64,000 nucleotides of DNA from a virus: positions 32,001-96,000 of IMG/VR virus record IMGVR_UViG_3300020042_011666, one strand, 5' to 3'. The notes below the pieces were generated by a model. That model worked only from the letters and a program-made list of their open reading frames with translations. It was not told where the DNA came from and did not search any database. The translations under genes were made by a program, and so were the position numbers. Shown here in pieces: positions 57,147 through 64,000 of the stretch. Position 1 is the stretch's first letter, and each line of letters opens with the position of its first letter.

Positions 57147-58565
57147 TTATAGGTCTATTTTTAAATCCTCAGGAGTAATGATGGTTTCTAATCTATTTTC
57201 TAAATTAGTATTAAACACTGAAGTAGAGGAATTATATTTATCTTTAATTTTAGTTTGTATAGTAGTAACAGCAATTACTCTACTAGTAGCATATTGGTCA
57301 GCACCATTTATTGTTTCAATAGTACTATATATTCCTGTATAAGTTCTAAATGTGTCAGGATCAATAATAGCGTTAATTTCTGAAGTAAGTGCATTAAGTA
57401 CTCTACCAAGTTCGATAATGTTAGCTTGATCGTCGTCCTTACTAGTGCGTTCAGTGGCAATAGGAGTGTTATTAAGAGATAAGAAATTTGAATATTCATT
57501 GACAACTCCTACAAGTATTTGTTTTGCTTGAGGTAAGGCAGCAGCTTCATCTTGCAATTGATTAAGGTCTTCTATTTGTTCTTGAGTAGTATCACTTACC
57601 CCATTGTTAGGCATATTAACAATTAAATCTTGAAACATTTGATAAAATAAAGCATTTAAACTACTTAAAGACTTATTATTAACAACATTAATTAAACTAG
57701 GAGAAATTTCAGGATTTTGAGTAGCATCAATTCGTGCTTGACTTTGAGAAGCTATAGCGTTATCTGAGGTATTTAATTTTAATGAGTCAATTATGTCTCC
57801 CCAAGAAATTAAATACAATACTATGTCATAACTTAAATCAGAGTTTAAATTCCAACTAAAATTCGTTACTCGGGATAAGGCTCCATCGTAATTGTAACTA
57901 GTATTCTTTTTATTTTCGTCTAATTTATTTTGAATAGTAATAGGCTCAATCTTATCTGATTTTGTTCCGGGGTATAAAAGGCTTAGGATTGATGCTCCCG
58001 TAGTTTGTGATTTAACACCATCATTTAAAAAATAATCAGTATGTCCCCATTCAACCACCATTGTATATCCTAAACGTAAGTAAACAGCCTCAATAGCCTC
58101 AAATTGTTTACGGGTAAAACATTTAATATTTAATGTTACCTCGCGTAATGAACCGTTGTTTTTATAGTTACTAGTCATACTAGTAATACCGGGTAACGGT
58201 TTTAAACCTTGAGCCCCATCTGATAAGAAACCATAAGTTGAATTTAAATCATATCCAATTCCTCTAGGTAACTGTTTTATATTTACTCCACCCCATAAAA
58301 CTAAATTTTTAGCTAATTGATACCCAGTAATATCTCCAGGATTTAACCCTAAATTATTTTTTAATGTAGTTAATCGTTCATCCTCATCAACACTTACTGC
58401 GGATGATAGACGAACAAATGATGTTGAGCTGTTAAAAACAACTAAATTATCTTGTTGTTGAGTATTATCAAGTCTATTTCTAACAGATAATTGTTTTTGC
58501 CTTATTTTTACTTGGGCATCTACCCCACTATCAAAGGGTAAACCTAAAATTCTTGGAGTTGCCAT
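57147..58565 (-). CDS. baseplate hub-like protein (N-part)
   Basis: PLPGITS...GSLRE...LRLGYTMVVEWG...VTNFSW; structural context. Confidence 0.55.
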   Translation of the reverse strand: MATPRILGLPFDSGVDAQVKIRQKQLSVRNRLDNTQQQDNLVVFNSSTSFVRLSSAVSVDEDERLTTLKNNLGLNPGDITGYQLAKNLVLWGGVNIKQLPRGIGYDLNSTYGFLSDGAQGLKPLPGITSMTSNYKNNGSLREVTLNIKCFTRKQFEAIEAVYLRLGYTMVVEWGHTDYFLNDGVKSQTTGASILSLLYPGTKSDKIEPITIQNKLDENKKNTSYNYDGALSRVTNFSWNLNSDLSYDIVLYLISWGDIIDSLKLNTSDNAIASQSQARIDATQNPEISPSLINVVNNKSLSSLNALFYQMFQDLIVNMPNNGVSDTTQEQIEDLNQLQDEAAALPQAKQILVGVVNEYSNFLSLNNTPIATERTSKDDDQANIIELGRVLNALTSEINAIIDPDTFRTYTGIYSTIETINGADQYATSRVIAVTTIQTKIKDKYNSSTSVFNTNLENRLETIITPEDLKIDL

Positions 58566-58870
58566 TACCTTGATTCATTTAATTGGTTAAAACTAGAAAT
58601 TATACTGCTTATATCACCTGGGATTCTTAATTGTGTTCCTGGAGTAATAAATAAGGAGGCAAATGGTATAGTTGCGTTAGCTGATGCTATAACCCAATAT
58701 AGGGTAGTATCACCATAATATTGTTGAGATAAATTATCTAATCTATCACCCTCAGTTGTATAAACATATATATCGCTTTCAGAATACGGAATTTCAGGGT
58801 AAAAAGTGGTACCTAAGTACCTTGTACCTGTGCTTGTTTTTAATTCGGGTATGTTAGCGTAACGATTCAT
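58565..58870 (-). CDS. LysM-like baseplate protein (gpX/gp53-like)
   Basis: EGDRLDNLSQQYYGDTTLYWVIASAN...GTQLRIP. Confidence 0.8.
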   Translation of the reverse strand: MNRYANIPELKTSTGTRYLGTTFYPEIPYSESDIYVYTTEGDRLDNLSQQYYGDTTLYWVIASANATIPFASLFITPGTQLRIPGDISSIISSFNQLNESR

Positions 58871-58871
58871 T

Positions 58872-61019
58872 TTAGTCTTGAAGATTAATATCTGTGGTTT
58901 GAGAAAGTTTTCCGCCACGAGGTGTTCCTAAAGGTACAGGAGTAAATAGTGGAAGAGATCCAGGAGGAGCAGGATTATTAATAGAAGGAATTTGTGTTTG
59001 TGTTATAGGTCTAGGGGCAACAGGAATATTAAAGTTATTAGCATAATACTTATCATATCCTTTAGTACCATACTCTAATAAATTAGATGCATCTATAGTT
59101 GAAACTCCTCCAGCGTTAGCGGCTAAGTTAGCTTCTTCACCAGGACCATATATCTTATCACCACCATTACTAAAGAAATAAATTTTATTATCATCCAAGT
59201 ATTGGTTTTCTGTTCCACCTACTCCTGTAGGGTTAGTAATAAATGCTACATCTCTACCTCCATCATTTAGTCGTGGGGTAAAGTCGTGTATTGGGGTAAA
59301 GGCAACATCTACTTCAAAATATTTTGGAGTTTCCATTAATCCTTCATCCTCGCCGGTTTCGGGTGAGTTAAGTGCAATTTCCCAACTTGCTTCCTCAGGT
59401 ATAGTATAAGTTAAGCTAGTAATAAAACCAGGCACATACATTAAGTAGTCGCCAATAGTTAATCTAACTAAATTACCTTTCATATATCCACTATTATAAT
59501 CAGGAGATAGTGAGGATGCAAGGTAGTTTAACTTTTGATACAAAGGTCTCATTTCGGCTCTTGATTGAGCCGCTACTTTAAATGAAAAGTTAATAGCACG
59601 AGATGATCCCTGGTAGTTCCAAACTTTATCACCTCTACCTACAAATCTGTATCCTTCCCAATCTGAACTGTATTGGTCAGTTATAGCCCCTAAAAATGCT
59701 CTAAAATGGACAAATGTAGATATATCAGGGTTAGTGTTATCAATTACCTCAAACCTAAATTTTACTAAATCTCGTGTTAATACATTAGGATCTAATACAA
59801 TTCTGTCTCTGTATAATGGAATCATGTTGATTCGATCAACAGTATCGTTATCGTAAATATTTAATCGAGATCTATTCCTAGTGCGTTTACCAGGATTACC
59901 ATCTCCAACACGTTGTATTCTATTTACTCGAGCATTTTGATAATCAAACGAATAAATACCTATCTTATCAGGGGCACCAATTATATCTTTTCTAAAATCA
60001 GAAGGTACTGCTTTTCCAAATTCATCAGGATCAAGGATTGATTTTCTATCTCTTAATTGTATTTGGTTAAAAGTGTAAACACCTCTATTTATAGTATTTG
60101 CTGTATTTTCAGAAGGAAATGTATTACCTAAAGTATAAACACTATTTTGAGCAAAGAAATTAGTATTATTTTTTTCTCCAGGCCCAGTAATAATGTTAAT
60201 GTAATTTAATTCACCTGATTTGTTTGATGCTCCTAAAAAACTATTTATATTGTTAGTTTTAAATAATGTTCCATTAACAGTATTGTTTTTACTGATTTGG
60301 AGAGCATCATTTGTTCTAGATAATAATTGACCTGTTGTTAATCTATCATTAGCAAAAGGGATACGTGTTCTTCCTAAACCTGGTGAGTTAGGCCCACCAG
60401 TGTAAGATAATATAAAATTATCATTAGCCGCTATTCCTAGGTTTTGGCCTGTGTTTCTAGTAACTAGTAAAGTATCACGTTTTTGTATATCGGGATTTTG
60501 AGGGTCACCGATTTTTGTTTGTTTTAATAATGCTAATCGTGTTTGAGGTTCAGCATCATCACTATCTAGTCTTTTATAAACACTAGCATATTTAACCTCA
60601 CTATTAAAAATAGGACCTAAACCCTGTTTTTCAATATGTAAGCCTGTTCCTGACCCAGCAACTTGGGCTAAGGTCATTAGTGGATTATATAATCCTGCTA
60701 CAGGATTTGATCTATTGGGACGACCAGGTACTAAAGGATTTTGTAACGATAATAATTCTTGTTTGGCAATAAACAATTGCCCGTTTCTACTTAATAAGAA
60801 TTTACCAATACGAGTTGTATCATCAATTCTATTTTCAAGTTGATTTTTTGGATCTCTTAATAGAAAATCAGGAAAAGTAGAATCAGGATCACTTTCTACT
60901 GGGGGTAAGTTTTTTATAATATAGGGCTGTTTACTATTACCTCCTCCGGGACGATCATTACCGAATTTTAAATTACGGTATTGTGTTCCAACATCGGTTA
61001 ATAGTTCTCTTAAAGCCAT
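58872..61019 (-). CDS. baseplate/tail-tube initiator-like protein
   Basis: FRAFL...W...GRG...Y.G..R.INFSF...RLTIGD tube-initiator-like region; follows the tape measure gene. Confidence 0.6.
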   Translation of the reverse strand: MALRELLTDVGTQYRNLKFGNDRPGGGNSKQPYIIKNLPPVESDPDSTFPDFLLRDPKNQLENRIDDTTRIGKFLLSRNGQLFIAKQELLSLQNPLVPGRPNRSNPVAGLYNPLMTLAQVAGSGTGLHIEKQGLGPIFNSEVKYASVYKRLDSDDAEPQTRLALLKQTKIGDPQNPDIQKRDTLLVTRNTGQNLGIAANDNFILSYTGGPNSPGLGRTRIPFANDRLTTGQLLSRTNDALQISKNNTVNGTLFKTNNINSFLGASNKSGELNYINIITGPGEKNNTNFFAQNSVYTLGNTFPSENTANTINRGVYTFNQIQLRDRKSILDPDEFGKAVPSDFRKDIIGAPDKIGIYSFDYQNARVNRIQRVGDGNPGKRTRNRSRLNIYDNDTVDRINMIPLYRDRIVLDPNVLTRDLVKFRFEVIDNTNPDISTFVHFRAFLGAITDQYSSDWEGYRFVGRGDKVWNYQGSSRAINFSFKVAAQSRAEMRPLYQKLNYLASSLSPDYNSGYMKGNLVRLTIGDYLMYVPGFITSLTYTIPEEASWEIALNSPETGEDEGLMETPKYFEVDVAFTPIHDFTPRLNDGGRDVAFITNPTGVGGTENQYLDDNKIYFFSNGGDKIYGPGEEANLAANAGGVSTIDASNLLEYGTKGYDKYYANNFNIPVAPRPITQTQIPSINNPAPPGSLPLFTPVPLGTPRGGKLSQTTDINLQD

Positions 61020-61088
61020 TTATTATTTTTATTTACTTATAAAGTAGGAGGTTTCCATTCAATAACATTTGTATTATTGTTTATTTGA

Positions 61089-61307
61089 TTAAGGACGCTT
61101 AGGAGTTCTTGTAATCCTACCAGCGGCTACTGAATCAGGATTAGATGTGTCTTTGCGCAAAGTCTCATCATATGTTCCATTTCCAAAACTATCATTGATA
61201 GATTTAAAATTAGGATCAGCATTCTGAACTAAAGGTACTAAACCATCTAATGAATCGTCTCCGTTAATAGTTTTGTCTAATAATCTTTCTAATAAAGTGG
61301 TTCCCAT
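61089..61307 (-). CDS. small hypothetical protein
   Basis: 72 aa, preceded by ATATTTAT. Confidence 0.6.
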   Translation of the reverse strand: MGTTLLERLLDKTINGDDSLDGLVPLVQNADPNFKSINDSFGNGTYDETLRKDTSNPDSVAAGRITRTPKRP

Positions 61308-61347
61308 AATGTGTTATTTTGTTATAAATATTAAAAATTATTGTTTT

Positions 61348-63570
61348 TTATGTTGTAGCGCTTGTATCAATTCCACCACCTCCAAATTGTCTAATGTTAG
61401 AGGATATGCTATATGTTGAACGAGCGGTAGCATTACCTATGTTAGCTCCATTAAGGGCAAGTTGAACAACAGTGGTTGAAGGTGTTACTTTAACATTTTG
61501 TTGAGTTGGTGCTGCTTGTTGAGGTGCTATCTTTATTGCCCCTTTAGGACGCGATTGAATATCGTTTACTGGGATTGGGTTAGTAGTAGCAATAATATTG
61601 TCATTATCATTTAAAGCAAATATTGAACCTTTATCAAACAGCATACGTTTACCATATCCTGTTGATATACCATCATCCATTGTTTTAAAGTCTTGGAACA
61701 TACCTAATAATGCTCCCAAACCTGCTAAAACAGCAATAGTAATTCCTCCAGCTGTTAATACATTACCTATAGTTAAAGCACCCGCAGATGCTAAAACTAA
61801 TTGGCTTGCCATCAACGATATACTACTTATTAACCTTACTAATGATAAACCAGCAAGGGCACCAACAGTTGCTAACACTAAAGTAGAACTAGATGCTAAT
61901 GAGGCAAAGGCATTTAAGATTGGTTCTAAAGCGTATCCAACATTTCCAATTATTTCTTGTATTTTTTCTAATGTTGCTTTAAATCTATCTCCAATAGATA
62001 AAGCCTGCATTTGTTCATAGTTAGCTTCACCAAATTTAGCTCTAAATCCTTCAGCACCTAATGCTAAGAATTGAGTCTGCATAACCATTTTACCTAATTC
62101 CTCACGAGACAATCCTAAGGCCTTAGCTGCAGCATCTTGTGCTAAACGGTTATCGGTGGCAAAAGCATTAATTAATTCTTGGTTATTACCAATTTCCTCA
62201 GTTAATTTGGCTGTTTGGTTGGTTAAAGCATAATAACGAGCAGCCTCTAAATTAATCTGTTTACCAGTCATTAATTCGGCGGCTAATTCATTTTCAATAG
62301 ATGATTGGAAATCAAGTAATGAAGACGCGATTTGGTCAGCCTCACCCAATGTTAATCCTAATTGTCTTGCTTTAGTTGATGCTTCAGCTAATGCATTAAC
62401 ACTTCCACCTAAACTAACAACAGTAGCAGCACTAGCATTAGCAATATCATTAAACACGGCTTTAATGTTAATAGCTGTGCCTTTTTGTCGGTTTAATGCG
62501 CTTACTGTTTTAGAGGCATTATTTAATGTGGTTTCTGTATTTTCGCCTTGTAAACGCGCTAAATACGTTAATTGAGTTGCCTCTTTAGTGTTGAGCCCTA
62601 ATCTTTGTGTTAAATTAGTAAATGTTTCTAATGTTTGTCCTGAAATATCAGCGGCAAATCCTAATTCAGCACTTAATTCTCTAAATGATTGATTTAATTT
62701 TTTGCTAGTGATGAATATATCTCCAGAGGTAATAGCTTGTCTTTCAAGTTCTGTTGATATTCCTTTTGCAGTTTCGCGAGTAATGCCAAATGCTTTTTGA
62801 AGATTTGTAATTTTTTCATCGGCTTGTAAAATTGCTTTAACTAAAAATGCACCTATAGCTAAAGCAGCTAATTTACCACCAGCATTTAAATCCATTACTA
62901 ATTTTACAGATTTGCCTAGTTCACCAGGTAGCTTATTAGCGGCGGCTACTAATTTATCAGTTATTGTTAATTCTTTTTCTCGTTCCGCGTTTACTTTTTC
63001 TAATTCTTCTCGTTGTAGTTTAGTTAAAAGCAATAAACGAGCATTACGGCTCATATTTTTAGTTGTTCTATCAAGAAGTTCTTCTTGTTTCCTTATTGTA
63101 TTTTTAAGATTTTCAATTCTACTTTGATCTCTTCGTTCTATAGGTAAACTTAATTCTTTTTCAAGATTTTTAGTAGTTTTGTTAATAAAATTAACTGTAC
63201 GTCCAGCGGCTTCGGCTCGGTCTTTATCTTGTTTTGTTAAATCCTTAGATAAATTAGTTTCTTTTGCTTGTGCCTCTAAAATTAATTTTTTATTTTTATT
63301 AACTTGTTTTACTTTTTCAACTGAGTCTTCTAAGTCTAAGCTTTGGTCACGAATAGCTCTTTGGATTTTTTTATTGATATCTAAAGTATCATTCTCAAAC
63401 TGGGTTCGTTTAGACTGGATTCCTAAAATTTCTTTTATTGATTCTAGGTAAGATGTAGATAATGAATAACTTTCACTTTGTAATTCAAGGCGTTTCCTTA
63501 GGATTTCGTTTTCTTGCTCAAGAAGAGCATTTTCCTCTTGTTGTCGTTTTAATTCCTCGGGTGTAGCCAT
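61348..63570 (-). CDS. tail tape measure protein
   Basis: 740 aa, helical and A/L-rich with a hydrophobic segment; follows the chaperone pair. Confidence 0.8.
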   Translation of the reverse strand: MATPEELKRQQEENALLEQENEILRKRLELQSESYSLSTSYLESIKEILGIQSKRTQFENDTLDINKKIQRAIRDQSLDLEDSVEKVKQVNKNKKLILEAQAKETNLSKDLTKQDKDRAEAAGRTVNFINKTTKNLEKELSLPIERRDQSRIENLKNTIRKQEELLDRTTKNMSRNARLLLLTKLQREELEKVNAEREKELTITDKLVAAANKLPGELGKSVKLVMDLNAGGKLAALAIGAFLVKAILQADEKITNLQKAFGITRETAKGISTELERQAITSGDIFITSKKLNQSFRELSAELGFAADISGQTLETFTNLTQRLGLNTKEATQLTYLARLQGENTETTLNNASKTVSALNRQKGTAINIKAVFNDIANASAATVVSLGGSVNALAEASTKARQLGLTLGEADQIASSLLDFQSSIENELAAELMTGKQINLEAARYYALTNQTAKLTEEIGNNQELINAFATDNRLAQDAAAKALGLSREELGKMVMQTQFLALGAEGFRAKFGEANYEQMQALSIGDRFKATLEKIQEIIGNVGYALEPILNAFASLASSSTLVLATVGALAGLSLVRLISSISLMASQLVLASAGALTIGNVLTAGGITIAVLAGLGALLGMFQDFKTMDDGISTGYGKRMLFDKGSIFALNDNDNIIATTNPIPVNDIQSRPKGAIKIAPQQAAPTQQNVKVTPSTTVVQLALNGANIGNATARSTYSISSNIRQFGGGGIDTSATT

Positions 63571-63575
63571 TTGTT

Positions 63576-63583
63576 ATAAATAT
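63576..63583 (-). promoter_or_regulatory. class-2 motif ATATTTAT (putative late promoter), representative copy
   Basis: Also at 7242, 20217, 29211, 40295, 41086, 52545 and 61324, each 4-20 nt upstream of an ATG. Confidence 0.55.
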
Positions 63584-63592
63584 TTAAGGGCA

Positions 63593-63868
63593 CTACTTTT
63601 GTGTAGCGCCCCCGTTGTATTTTAGTTTTGCACCTTTAGCATAGTCGGGAACTTGTACTTGTCCTGATTTAACTTTGCTAGTAAAGGTATCAATATCATC
63701 TTTATCTTTATTTTGTTCCTCGTGCCAAGTTTTAATTTGGTGGAAAGTATATTGTCGTAACCATATTGGCATTGCGTATACATCCGGAAATGTATATCCG
63801 CCTTTACCATGAAATATAATTTGATGTATTTGATCAAACAGGGCTTTTCTGTACTCAGGCGTCAGGCC
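63593..63868 (-). CDS. tail assembly chaperone, frameshift extension (gpT-like)
   Basis: Start-less open frame GLTPEYRKALFDQIHQIIFHGKGGYTFPDVYAMPIWLR... immediately after a T7 run. Confidence 0.7.
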   Translation of the reverse strand, partial: GLTPEYRKALFDQIHQIIFHGKGGYTFPDVYAMPIWLRQYTFHQIKTWHEEQNKDKDDIDTFTSKVKSGQVQVPDYAKGAKLKYNGGATQK

Positions 63869-64000
63869 AAAAAAAGCTAAGCCCTATAGGTAGAGCAACG
63901 CCCTCCTCAACGCCGTTTGGCCCATCAAAGTCAAACTTTAGGTCAACATCGGGTTGTATTCGGCGAATATACTCGCGTAACGCGCGCGAATCTTGCGCTA
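63855..64000 (-). CDS. tail/baseplate assembly chaperone, 3' end (partial)
   Basis: ...AQDSRALREYIRRIQPDVDLKF...LPIGLSFFWPDA*. Confidence 0.7.
   Translation of the reverse strand, partial: AQDSRALREYIRRIQPDVDLKFDFDGPNGVEEGVALPIGLSFFWPDA

Noticed and set aside
9158-57505. Nested minus-strand alternate-frame ORFs (e.g. 9158, 9921, 11019, 27104, 32525, 40769, 43760, 46513, 47128, 57308)
   Set aside because: They lie within or almost wholly overlap longer, motif-supported genes
1337-63451. All plus-strand ORFs in the track
   Set aside because: They are antisense shadows of well-supported minus-strand genes or tRNAs, with no recognisable motifs
63588-63611. Hairpin GGGCGCTAC/GTAGTGCCC as a terminator
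   Set aside because: The stem is good but only a weak U-tract follows, so it is not called confidently
63622-63837. 71-aa minus-strand ORF in the track
   Set aside because: The overlapping start-less frame carries the chaperone-like MPIWLR segment and fits the frameshift model better
1-64000. Alternative genetic code (stop reassignment)
   Set aside because: Core genes are intact in code 11, TAA, TAG and TGA all end tightly packed genes, and no suppressor tRNA is seen
1-64000. Bacterial chromosome or prophage origin
   Set aside because: Host-like genes (groEL, folE, iscA, hpt) are interleaved with phage replisome and tail genes on one strand under shared motifs; no integrase or att site is seen

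Overview
A 64-kb, AT-rich segment of a large lytic tailed phage with a T4-like replisome and a probable contractile tail. All credible genes lie on the minus strand. Several lines of evidence point to a Bacteroidota host: a T9SS C-terminal sorting domain, signal peptides followed by Gln, no Shine-Dalgarno sites, and TTTG/TAnnTT-like promoters. In transcription order (right to left) the window holds: (1) a tail module with a frameshifted chaperone pair, tape measure, baseplate proteins and a hub with an amidase-like tip; (2) replication and nucleotide genes: family A-like polymerase, gp32-like SSB, RecA-like protein, 5'-3' exonuclease, DnaB-like helicase, class II RNR, PolB, clamp, clamp loader and dUTPase; (3) a 7-deazaguanine pathway (folE, queD, queE, queC and a TGT/DpdA-like gene) interleaved with HPRT; (4) GroES/GroEL and IscA; (5) an ~9-kb glycosyltransferase island; (6) three tRNAs and a candidate structured RNA; (7) an ~8-kb envelope locus (cohesin/dockerin T9SS cargo, a second dockerin-like protein, a CsgG-like lipoprotein and a beta-barrel-like protein) beside the holin and GH19 endolysin; (8) small hypothetical genes. 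The envelope locus is the best candidate for an undescribed system. All functional calls come from motif recognition by eye; no database searches were run.
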